Source: Acholeplasmataceae bacterium (lineage in GTDB: Bacteria; Bacillota_I; Bacilli_A; Acholeplasmatales; UBA5453). From it: a stretch of 64,000 nucleotides of DNA. Made by a program: the position numbers and the translations under genes. Within the stretch, counting starts at the first letter, position 1; each line of letters opens with the position of its first letter. This document shows positions 18,678 to 28,258 of the stretch, piece after piece. The notes beneath the pieces are model-generated. The model did no database searches, was not told where the DNA came from, and saw only the letters and a list, made by a program, of their open reading frames with translations. Location of the stretch: assembly GCA_012800005.1 (NCBI GenBank), contig JAAZKC010000006.1, positions 7,436 through 71,435 of the forward strand, read 5' to 3'.

Positions 18678-19599
18678 AGAATATAAAAAAATTATAATTC
18701 ATGGACATATTAGACCTGATGGTGATTGTTATGGGACACAATTTGGACTTAAAGATATTATTAAAAAGACATATCCTGAAAAAGAGGTTTATGTAGTTGG
18801 AGAAACAAGCGAATATGTTAGTTTTGTAGGAACACTTGATACAATTAGCGATGATAAATTTGAAGGCGCACTAAGCATTGTTTGTGATACCGCAACAGCT
18901 GAAAGAGTAAGCGATAAGAGATACACATTAGCAAAAGAAGTTTTTAAAATTGATCATCACGTTGAAAACGAAGATTCATTTTATGCTGATTATTATTGGG
19001 TTGATGACCTACTTCCAAGCGCGAGTCAAATGATTGCGGTGTTTTATAATACGTATAAAAAAGAATTAAAGTTATCATTTGAAGGAGCACGTGCGCTGTA
19101 TGTTGGTATGGTTACTGACACGGGTAGATTTAGATACCGTGGAGTAACTAGAAAAACGCATGAGATGGCCGGATTAATGTTAGATTTTGGAGTTGATGTA
19201 GAAGATATTGATAACCGTTTATCAATAGAAACAATGGATACTATTAAGTTAAAGGGTGAAGTATTGTCTAATTTTAAAACTAGTGAAAAAGGATTCATTT
19301 ATTTTAAAATGACTAAAGAAATTATTGAAAAATATAATGTATCATATGAAGATGCAGCCGCAATGGTTAATGTGTTATCAGGAATAGAAGGCTATCCTGT
19401 ATGGGCACTATTTATTGAATATCCTACTGAAATTAGAGTTCGTCTTAGAAGTAGAGGACCAGAAATAGAAGGTCTCGCAAGAAAATATAATGGTGGAGGG
19501 CATCAAAAAGCTGCAGGTTGCAGAGTTAATTCTTTTGATGAAACAGAAACTTTTGCTAAAGATGTTGATGAGCTTTTAACTAATTATCATGAAACTTAA
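18646..19599 (+). CDS. DHH/DHHA1 phosphoesterase (NrnA-like), paralogue 2
   Basis: AAGGAG RBS, with the start inside the tail of paralogue 1 (32-nt overlap). Motifs 'HIRPDGDCYGT', 'IVCDTA', 'KIDHHVE', 'VTDTGRF' and 'NGGGHQKAAGC'. Confidence 0.85.
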   Translation: MGKKKLLEKIKEYKKIIIHGHIRPDGDCYGTQFGLKDIIKKTYPEKEVYVVGETSEYVSFVGTLDTISDDKFEGALSIVCDTATAERVSDKRYTLAKEVFKIDHHVENEDSFYADYYWVDDLLPSASQMIAVFYNTYKKELKLSFEGARALYVGMVTDTGRFRYRGVTRKTHEMAGLMLDFGVDVEDIDNRLSIETMDTIKLKGEVLSNFKTSEKGFIYFKMTKEIIEKYNVSYEDAAAMVNVLSGIEGYPVWALFIEYPTEIRVRLRSRGPEIEGLARKYNGGGHQKAAGCRVNSFDETETFAKDVDELLTNYHET

Positions 19600-20419
19600 A
19601 AAGCCGTTAGAAGACATTGAAAGAAGTCTTCAAAAAACATACAGAAAAACTATTTGGGCTAAATTCATTAAAGCGGTAAAAGAATATGAACTAATTGAAG
19701 TGGGAGATAAAATCGCGGTTGCGATAAGCGGAGGGAAAGACTCCCTACTTCTAGCAAAATTATTTCAACAACTTCATAGATTTAGTGAAGTTCCTTTTTC
19801 CTTAGAATTTATTTCTATGAATCCGGGCTTTAATAAAGAAAACTTAGAAAATTTAGAATTAAATTGTAAGTTACTAAATATTCCTATAAAAATAAGAAAA
19901 TCTAATGTGTTTCATGTTGCTAATAAACTTTCTAGCGATAATCCTTGTTATATGTGTGCGAGAATGAGAAGAGGATTTCTATATAACTTTGCTAAAGAAG
20001 AAGGATGCAATAAATTAGCATTAGGACACCATTTTGATGATGTTGTAGAAACAACACTTTTAAACATATTTTATGGTTCACAATTTAAAACAATGGTTCC
20101 TAAAATAGAAGCGGAGAATTTTTTAAATATGGAATTAATTCGTCCCCTTGTTTTAATTAAAGAAAGTGATATAATTAGATTTACTAATAACGCAGGCCTA
20201 AAAACAATGTCTTGTGGATGTAATGTCGCAAGATTAGAATTAGGCTCTAAAAGAAAAGAAATGAAAAACTTGCTTAAAGAGATGGAGAAAAATAATCCAA
20301 ATGCTTCAATGTCCATCTTTAATTCCGCAACTAATGTTAACCTAAATCAAGTGTATGGTTATGAAATAGATGGTAAAAGAATTTCGTTTAACGAGATATA
20401 CAGGAGGGAGAAAAAATGA
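19589..20419 (+). CDS. ttcA: PP-loop ATPase, TtcA-like tRNA thiolation enzyme
   Basis: PP-loop 'SGGKDS' and Cys motifs 'NPCYMCARMRR' and 'SCGCN'. Overlaps the upstream gene by 11 nt. Confidence 0.6.
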   Translation: MKLKKPLEDIERSLQKTYRKTIWAKFIKAVKEYELIEVGDKIAVAISGGKDSLLLAKLFQQLHRFSEVPFSLEFISMNPGFNKENLENLELNCKLLNIPIKIRKSNVFHVANKLSSDNPCYMCARMRRGFLYNFAKEEGCNKLALGHHFDDVVETTLLNIFYGSQFKTMVPKIEAENFLNMELIRPLVLIKESDIIRFTNNAGLKTMSCGCNVARLELGSKRKEMKNLLKEMEKNNPNASMSIFNSATNVNLNQVYGYEIDGKRISFNEIYRREKK

Positions 20420-20952
20420 AAATATTACTTTTTGCAGACGAAATAAAAATATTGACAGATAATAATATTTGGGAATATGTTATTATTCCTTTCGTGGTTG
20501 CAGTACTGATTAGTTTTTTCATTGGTTTGGAAAGACAAAATATTGGGAAAAGTGCTGGTGTCAGCCCTCACGTATTAATTGGTGCTGCTGCATGCGTGAT
20601 TGCGATTATTCAACGCTTTTTATATTTAGACCAAGGCGGAACAGCGAACGCTGATAACCAAAGATTAATTGCCCAAATCTTACCTGGGGTAGGTTTTATC
20701 GGTGCAGGTGTAATCATGAAAGGTGAAAGAACTATTGCAGGATTAACTACTGCCGCAACCATTTGGACAGTGGCAATAATTGGAATGGTAATTGGTTCTG
20801 GTTATGTTTTAATTGGCGGAGGCTTTGGACTTTCTGTATTAGCGTTTGTTTATATAAGAGATTTCAAAAGAGGAATTAACCCTTTCAAAGCACACACTCA
20901 TTATGATTTTGGTGAAGTTGATATAGACGAAGAATTAAAACGTCACGCATAA
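20416..20952 (+). CDS. mgtC: MgtC/SapB family membrane protein
   Basis: ATGA overlap with ttcA. 'FFIGLERQ....SAGV..H.LIG' and four to five TM segments. Confidence 0.7.
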   Translation: MKILLFADEIKILTDNNIWEYVIIPFVVAVLISFFIGLERQNIGKSAGVSPHVLIGAAACVIAIIQRFLYLDQGGTANADNQRLIAQILPGVGFIGAGVIMKGERTIAGLTTAATIWTVAIIGMVIGSGYVLIGGGFGLSVLAFVYIRDFKRGINPFKAHTHYDFGEVDIDEELKRHA

Positions 20953-20960
20953 AACTGTAT

Positions 20961-20986
20961 AACCGCTCTAATGAGCGGTTTTATAA
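20961..20986 (+). terminator. Intrinsic terminator after mgtC
   Basis: aaccgctc-taat-gagcggtt followed by tt(a)t. Confidence 0.7.
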
Positions 20987-21064
20987 CGGTTAAAACAAAA
21001 GATGAAAATAACAATATAAATAAATTAAACCATAATTTAAAATGACTGTATTATTTTAAAATTA

Positions 21065-21078
21065 TTATGATATAATAA
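21065..21078 (+). promoter_or_regulatory. Extended -10 promoter TTATGATATAATAA (mnmE)
   Basis: TGaTATAAT lies 22 nt upstream of the mnmE ATG. The same 14-mer occurs upstream of dnaX and cdaA. Confidence 0.55.
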
Positions 21079-21097
21079 TTCTACATGGGAGAAAGAA

Positions 21098-22441
21098 ATG
21101 ATTTTAGATACAATTTGTGCAATCTCAACAGCTTATGGAACAGCTGGTATTTCCGTTATTAGAGTTAGTGGAGATGAGGCAATAGAAAAAGTAAATAAAA
21201 TTTTTAAAGGACCTAATTTAACTAAAGTAAAAAGCCATACCTTACACTATGGTTTTATTTTGGGCAAGAATAAAGAATATATCGATGAAGTAATGATTGC
21301 GATATTAAAATCTCCTCGAAGTTTTACTACAGAAGATATGGTGGAAATATCGACTCATGGTGGTATTTTAGTAACTAATAAAGTTTTAAAAAGATTATTA
21401 GAAGTAGGGATTCGTTTGGCAAAACCAGGCGAATTCACAGAGCGCGCTTTTGTTCACGGCCGCATTGATTTAGCCGAAAGTGAAGCTGTGATGGATTTAA
21501 TTAGTGCGAAAAATGAAAATGCCTTAAAACTTGCGATGCAAGGTTTAAGGGGAAACGTTAGTAAACTAATTGATGATTTAAGAGAAGAACTTTTAAGTAT
21601 TATTGCTTATATTGAGGTTAATATTGATTACCCTGAATATGATGATACTATCGAAATGACTAATGAAATAATTAAACCAAGAATTGAGGCATTTATTAAA
21701 AGATTGGATGAAATTTTATATGATGCAAATAAAGGAAGATTAATTCGTGAAGGAGTTAATACTGCCATAATTGGGAAGCCTAATGTTGGTAAATCATCTT
21801 TATTAAACGCACTTTTAAAAGAGGATAGAGCAATTGTAACAGATGTTGCGGGAACAACTAGAGATACAATTGAAGGTTCACTTAATTTAGGTGGAATAAC
21901 TTTAAATTTAATTGATACAGCGGGTATTAGAACAACCTTAGATAAAGTAGAAAAAATTGGAATCAGCAGAAGTAAAAAAGCAATCAAAGAAGCTGAATTA
22001 GTTATTTTAGTTTTAGATTTAAGTGAAAAGTTAACTGAAGAAGATGAACAATTATTAGAATTAACCAAAGATAAAATGAGAATATTAGTTGGTAATAAAA
22101 AAGATTTAGGGAAGAAACTAGATATTAAAGATATTATTCCTTTAAGTGTTTTAAATAATGAAGGTTTAGAGTTATTAGAAAAAACTATTTTAGATAAGTT
22201 AAAGTTAACGGAAATAAACATGGATTTCAACTACATCTCTAATATAAGACACATTCAAAAAATTGAAGAAGCGAAAGAATTATTATTAGATGTAATAAAT
22301 TCAATTGAAATAGGGCTACCAATAGATATGGTAGAGATAAATATTAAAAAAGCTTGGGAAATATTAGGTAGTATTATAGGAAAATATCATCCAGAAGATT
22401 TGATTGATGAACTTTTTAGTAAATTTTGTTTAGGTAAGTAA
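21098..22441 (+). CDS. mnmE: tRNA modification GTPase MnmE
   Basis: G1 'GKPNVGKSSLLNAL', G3 'DTAGIR', 'GNKKDL', and C-terminal 'CLGK'. Confidence 0.95.
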   Translation: MILDTICAISTAYGTAGISVIRVSGDEAIEKVNKIFKGPNLTKVKSHTLHYGFILGKNKEYIDEVMIAILKSPRSFTTEDMVEISTHGGILVTNKVLKRLLEVGIRLAKPGEFTERAFVHGRIDLAESEAVMDLISAKNENALKLAMQGLRGNVSKLIDDLREELLSIIAYIEVNIDYPEYDDTIEMTNEIIKPRIEAFIKRLDEILYDANKGRLIREGVNTAIIGKPNVGKSSLLNALLKEDRAIVTDVAGTTRDTIEGSLNLGGITLNLIDTAGIRTTLDKVEKIGISRSKKAIKEAELVILVLDLSEKLTEEDEQLLELTKDKMRILVGNKKDLGKKLDIKDIIPLSVLNNEGLELLEKTILDKLKLTEINMDFNYISNIRHIQKIEEAKELLLDVINSIEIGLPIDMVEINIKKAWEILGSIIGKYHPEDLIDELFSKFCLGK

Positions 22442-22458
22442 AAAACAACATTAGTATT

Positions 22459-22472
22459 TTATGATATAATAA
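22459..22472 (+). promoter_or_regulatory. Extended -10 promoter TTATGATATAATAA (dnaX)
   Basis: An identical 14-mer lies 30 nt upstream of the dnaX ATG. Confidence 0.55.
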
Positions 22473-22501
22473 ATTCACCCACCAAGAAAGGAGAGTTAAA
22501 G

Positions 22502-24235
22502 ATGGCATATAGAGCACTTTATAGAACATATAGACCAAAACAATTTAAAGATGTTGTTGGGCAAGAAGTTATCGTGAAAACTTTGCAAAATGCTTTAAGA
22601 TTAGATAAAATTGCTCACGCTTATCTTTTCTCTGGACCAAGGGGTACGGGAAAAACAAGCATCGCTAAGATTTTAGCGAAAGCAGTTAATTGTGAATTAT
22701 CACCTACACCAGAACCATGTGGAACTTGTGAAACATGTAGGCTAATTGAACAAGGACATATTAGTGATGTAATTGAAATGGATGCAGCAAGTAATAGAGG
22801 AATTAATGAAATTAGAGATTTAATTGAAAAGTCTAATTATTTACCATCAACTGGAAGATATAAAGTCTATATTATTGATGAGGTTCATATGCTTACAAAA
22901 GAAGCATTCAACGCGCTTCTTAAAATCTTAGAAGAACCACCTGCACACGTTATCTTTATTCTTGCGACAACGGAGATAAATCAGTTGCTTCCAACAATTA
23001 TTTCAAGATGTCAAACATTTGATTTTAGAGGAATTTCTCTTAAACATATTGAAGAGAGATTACGCGATATTCAAAAGGCTGAAAATATTATTATTGAAGA
23101 TGAAGCAATTAAAGAAATCGCTAGACTTTCTGATGGTGGGTTAAGAGATGCGATAAGTTTATTAGACCAAACAGTTTCTTTCTCTACTGGAAATGTAACA
23201 TTAGATGATGTTTATAAAGTATCAGGAAGTGTAAGTAGAACAAATTTAATGAACTTACTTAATTTCATTTTAGAGAAAAAAACAGCTGAAGCATTTAGTT
23301 TAGTGGATGATATTATTGAAGATGGAAAAGAAGTTCCTAAAATCATTAGTGATATGATTGCAATCTTAAGAGATGCATTAGTTGAAAAAAATGTAGCGTT
23401 TGAAGTTGAAAGATCAACGAAAGATTTAAAAGACTTAGCTAAGAGATTTTCCAATGATAGATTTTTCTTCTATTTAGATATTTTAGCGCAAGCTCAAAAT
23501 GATACAAAATGGACAAATCAAAAACGCGCTTATTTAGATTTAGCAATTATTAAAATGATTGACCACAAACAATTAGATAAAATTGTTGAGCATGAACAAA
23601 TCTCATTAGTAATGAATAAGCTTAATACTTTAGCATTAGAAGTTTCCAAGCTTAAAGAAGCGCCCCCACAAATTATTAAAGTAGAAGGACAAAAAAAGGA
23701 AATTAAAGAAGAAATCTTAAATGACGATATTGAAAAGATAAAAGAAGAGGGGTTCAAAAAAGAAATTACAGTTGAACAAATTGAAAACATTTTAAATAAT
23801 GGGAATGTTAATAAGAAAAACAATTTACTTAAACATTGGGATTCACTTTTAAATATTTCTAATCAAAGCTTACAAACTATTGCAGAAATATTACATCAAG
23901 GCAAATTAGTAGCGGCAAGTAACGATGAACTTTTGTTGGTATATCCAGATAAAACAACTTGTATTTTAATGTTACAAGAAGAAAATAAACTAGCAGCGTT
24001 AAAGGTGTTTAATTCTAAACAAAAATTAGTTAGCAATTATATTTGTATTGATAGATTAAGTTGGGATATCTTATTTGAGGAATTTAAAAAACAATGGGCA
24101 AAAGGAATTAAAAAACCAACACTTCCTAAACTTGATTTAGAAATATATGAATCTAATGAAGAACCGTGGCAGTCAGATACATTAAAATTAGCCTTAGATT
24201 TCTTTGGCGATATTGTAAAAACAAAGGAGAGTTAA
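22502..24235 (+). CDS. dnaX: DNA polymerase III subunit tau (DnaX)
   Basis: 'YRPKQFKDVVGQE', Walker A 'GPRGTGKTS', Zn module 'CGTCETC', 'SRCQ', and a conserved dnaX-ybaB-recR order. Confidence 0.95.
   Translation: MAYRALYRTYRPKQFKDVVGQEVIVKTLQNALRLDKIAHAYLFSGPRGTGKTSIAKILAKAVNCELSPTPEPCGTCETCRLIEQGHISDVIEMDAASNRGINEIRDLIEKSNYLPSTGRYKVYIIDEVHMLTKEAFNALLKILEEPPAHVIFILATTEINQLLPTIISRCQTFDFRGISLKHIEERLRDIQKAENIIIEDEAIKEIARLSDGGLRDAISLLDQTVSFSTGNVTLDDVYKVSGSVSRTNLMNLLNFILEKKTAEAFSLVDDIIEDGKEVPKIISDMIAILRDALVEKNVAFEVERSTKDLKDLAKRFSNDRFFFYLDILAQAQNDTKWTNQKRAYLDLAIIKMIDHKQLDKIVEHEQISLVMNKLNTLALEVSKLKEAPPQIIKVEGQKKEIKEEILNDDIEKIKEEGFKKEITVEQIENILNNGNVNKKNNLLKHWDSLLNISNQSLQTIAEILHQGKLVAASNDELLLVYPDKTTCILMLQEENKLAALKVFNSKQKLVSNYICIDRLSWDILFEEFKKQWAKGIKKPTLPKLDLEIYESNEEPWQSDTLKLALDFFGDIVKTKES
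23692..23706 (+). other. Candidate -1 frameshift / A7 slippage site in dnaX, with a stop two codons later in the -1 frame
   Basis: The zero frame reads caA AAA AAG gaa (codons 397-400), giving the heptamer A_AAA_AAG at 23692-23698. The -1 frame then reads gga aat taa. GAAGGA lies directly upstream. Confidence 0.3.
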
Positions 24236-24237
24236 TT

Positions 24238-24519
24238 ATGAATAGAAACATGGTACAAAAACTACAAAAACTACAAAAAGAAATGCAAGAAACACAAGAA
24301 AGACTACAAATGACAGAATTTGAAGGGAAAGCGAGTGGGGTAAGAATTGTAATGTTAGGTTCTCACCAAGTTGTTGAACTTAAAATAGATCCAGAATTGT
24401 TAGAAGATATTGATATGCTTCAAGATGCAGTATTGTTAGCGATTAATGATGCAGTAGCTGTAGTTGATAAAAAGACAGAAGAGGAAATGAGCCGCTTTAC
24501 AATGGGAATGGGATTTTGA
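24238..24519 (+). CDS. ybaB: Nucleoid-associated protein YbaB/EbfC
   Basis: I chose the ATG at 24238 (AAGGAGAG RBS, 2 nt after the dnaX stop) rather than the track start at 24166. ~93 aa, sitting between dnaX and recR. Confidence 0.85.
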   Translation: MNRNMVQKLQKLQKEMQETQERLQMTEFEGKASGVRIVMLGSHQVVELKIDPELLEDIDMLQDAVLLAINDAVAVVDKKTEEEMSRFTMGMGF

Positions 24520-25109
24520 TGAAGTTTCCCAATGCACTTAATAAATTAATAGAAAATTTAAAAAGTTTGCCGGGTATTGGAGATAAAACAGCATTAAGGT
24601 TAGCGTTATTTATCTATAGTGAAATGGATTTAGAAAAAGCGCGTTTTTTAAGCGAGGCAATAGTGGATGTTAAAACATTAAAATCATGCAGCGTTTGTGG
24701 CATGATTTTAGAATATACTTGTCCTTTATGCGAAAACGATTTAAGAGATAAAAATGTAATAATGGTAGTTGAATCATTAAAAGATTTAATAGTAATTGAA
24801 AACTCTAATACTTATAACGGTTTATATCATATCACAAATGGGATAATAGATTTATCGAAAGGAAAAGAACCAAAAGATTTAAACATTGAGTCTTTATTAA
24901 ATAGATTAGATAATGTTAGTGAAGTAATTATCGCATTTAGTGGAACAATGATGGGGGATTTAACGGGAAACTACATTAAAGAATTAATTAAAGACAGAAA
25001 TGTAAAAGTGACTAAAATAGCTTATGGGATACCTGTTGGTGGAGATTTATCTTATGCTGATAAACAAACACTCATTAAAGCATTAGATAACAGGATTGTA
25101 CTAAAATAG
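24519..25109 (+). CDS. recR: Recombination protein RecR
   Basis: HhH 'LPGIGDKTALRLA', C4 finger 'CSVCG...CPLC', and a Toprim region. The ATG overlaps the ybaB TGA (TGATG). Confidence 0.9.
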   Translation: MKFPNALNKLIENLKSLPGIGDKTALRLALFIYSEMDLEKARFLSEAIVDVKTLKSCSVCGMILEYTCPLCENDLRDKNVIMVVESLKDLIVIENSNTYNGLYHITNGIIDLSKGKEPKDLNIESLLNRLDNVSEVIIAFSGTMMGDLTGNYIKELIKDRNVKVTKIAYGIPVGGDLSYADKQTLIKALDNRIVLK

Positions 25110-25119
25110 AGGTAGAAAT

Positions 25120-25401
25120 ATGGAAAAAGTAAAAGAATTTTTTAATATGATTATAAAAATGTTTACAGACTTTGATGGTTGGCTTAAGACAACGTTTCAA
25201 TTTGATGCTAAATTTTTAGGGTTTTATAACAGTGCGATTGCACCACTTGCGGAATGGATTAAAATGTTTGGACTTGTAGCGATTATTTTATTGTCTATAA
25301 TTGGTTTGATTGTTGTTATTAAAAAAGCGTATAAATTGATTTTAACACTTTTAATTATTGGAATTATCGCTGGTATTGTAGTATTTTTCTTAATTAAATA
25401 A
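25120..25401 (+). CDS. Small hypothetical membrane protein (2 TM)
   Basis: GAGGTAG RBS and two long hydrophobic segments. No recognised family. Confidence 0.5.
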   Translation: MEKVKEFFNMIIKMFTDFDGWLKTTFQFDAKFLGFYNSAIAPLAEWIKMFGLVAIILLSIIGLIVVIKKAYKLILTLLIIGIIAGIVVFFLIK

Positions 25402-25546
25402 GTTATGTATTAACTTATCATAAAGCCATTTTCCTAGAAAGAAAAATGGGCTTAAATAATTTAAAAACTAAAATGAAATAAAAAATACTTGCAATATATA
25501 ATTATATCGGCTAAAATAATGTAGAGTTTTTTATAGAGGTGAAAAG

Positions 25547-26062
25547 ATGGCTAATTTTGATACAACTAAATCTATGGTTGAAATTGCAGAAGAATATATT
25601 AGAATAAATGGAAAACAAAACATTTATCATTTATTAGAAACTGTTGCGGAAATAAAGGGTATTGATAGAGAAGATACAGACAGACTAACTCAACTTTATA
25701 TAGATATGACTTTAAGCGCAGACTTTGTTTATTGTGGTAATGAAGAATGGGACTTAAAAGAAAATAATTTAGAGCTTTGGGATAAAGATGGCTCATTTTT
25801 TAATAAAGATGAACCACTTGATGAAGAAGATGAAGATGACATCAAGTTAGAAGATTATTACATCCCAGAGGAAGAAGATGAAGAATTAGATTTAGATGAT
25901 GAAGAAGATGAGGATGAAGACGAGGACGAAGATGATATTGTTATAGATGATGATGTGAAGATTTATTCAACAGACGACGATGATGAAGATATAGATTTAG
26001 ACTTTGATGATGACACTTATCATGACATCATGGATGATTATGAAGATATGTATGAAGAATAA
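25547..26062 (+). CDS. rpoE: RNA polymerase delta subunit (RpoE)
   Basis: An N-terminal HARE-HTH-like domain ('LYIDMTLSADFVYCGNEEWDLKE') followed by a ~85-aa Asp/Glu tail, as is typical for Firmicutes delta. Confidence 0.85.
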   Translation: MANFDTTKSMVEIAEEYIRINGKQNIYHLLETVAEIKGIDREDTDRLTQLYIDMTLSADFVYCGNEEWDLKENNLELWDKDGSFFNKDEPLDEEDEDDIKLEDYYIPEEEDEELDLDDEEDEDEDEDEDDIVIDDDVKIYSTDDDDEDIDLDFDDDTYHDIMDDYEDMYEE

Positions 26063-26104
26063 AATTAAAAAAAATTATAAATAAAATAAAATTTAAGTTC
26101 ATAG

Positions 26105-26137
26105 AAAAAACGTTCTGCTTGTTGGAACGTTTTTTAT
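26105..26137 (+). terminator. Intrinsic terminator after rpoE
   Basis: aaaaaacgttc-(9 nt)-gaacgtttttt. Confidence 0.7.
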
Positions 26138-26260
26138 TTACTAGGAAATTTTATTCGCATTATTAATATGAAACTTTAAAGAAGTTGGTTTTATGCTAAC
26201 TATGCGAACTTGTTTCGCTTTTGTTTTAATAATTAAAATAACATAATTAACCATAATCAC

Positions 26261-26288
26261 TTGCAATTTATTCTTTATCCTTTATAAT
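26261..26288 (+). promoter_or_regulatory. groESL promoter (TTGCAA-N16-TATAAT)
   Basis: TTGCAA at 26261-26266 and TATAAT at 26283-26288. Confidence 0.65.
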
Positions 26289-26300
26289 ATAAGCAGAGCA

Positions 26301-26327
26301 CTGGCACTCTTGTGGTTTAAGTGCCAA
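26301..26327 (+). promoter_or_regulatory. CIRCE-like HrcA operator (variant)
   Basis: CTGGCACTC-ttgtggttt-AAGTGCCAA versus the consensus TTAGCACTC-N9-GAGTGCTAA. The N9 spacing is correct. It sits between the -10 and the groES RBS. Confidence 0.75.
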
Positions 26328-26342
26328 AAAAGGAGTGATAAA

Positions 26343-28209
<1,867 letters not shown>

Positions 28210-28226
28210 TAAAAAAACATTATAAT

Positions 28227-28258
28227 AAAACAGACATGGCATGAGCCATGTCTGTTTT
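28227..28258. terminator. Bidirectional terminator between groEL and the endonuclease I gene
   Basis: aaaacagacatggc-atga-gccatgtctgtttt is a perfect 14-bp stem with A/T runs on both sides. Confidence 0.85.

Noticed and set aside
21628-22230. 200-aa ORF on the minus strand inside mnmE
   Set aside because: It lies fully antisense to a well-conserved gene, has a Ser/Leu/Ile/Phe-rich low-complexity composition typical of antisense frames in AT-rich DNA, and has no RBS.
24166-24237. Longer N-terminal extensions offered by the ORF track (ybaB from 24166, groES from 26310, hpt from 37960, SBP from 5018, nuclease from 12207)
   Set aside because: The internal ATGs have proper Shine-Dalgarno sequences and give canonical N-termini or signal peptides. 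The extensions overlap upstream genes or the CIRCE element.
25800-26062. GAA/GAT-rich repetitive DNA at the rpoE 3' end as a possible tandem repeat element
   Set aside because: It encodes the normal poly-acidic tail of the RNA polymerase delta subunit and shows no regular repeat unit.
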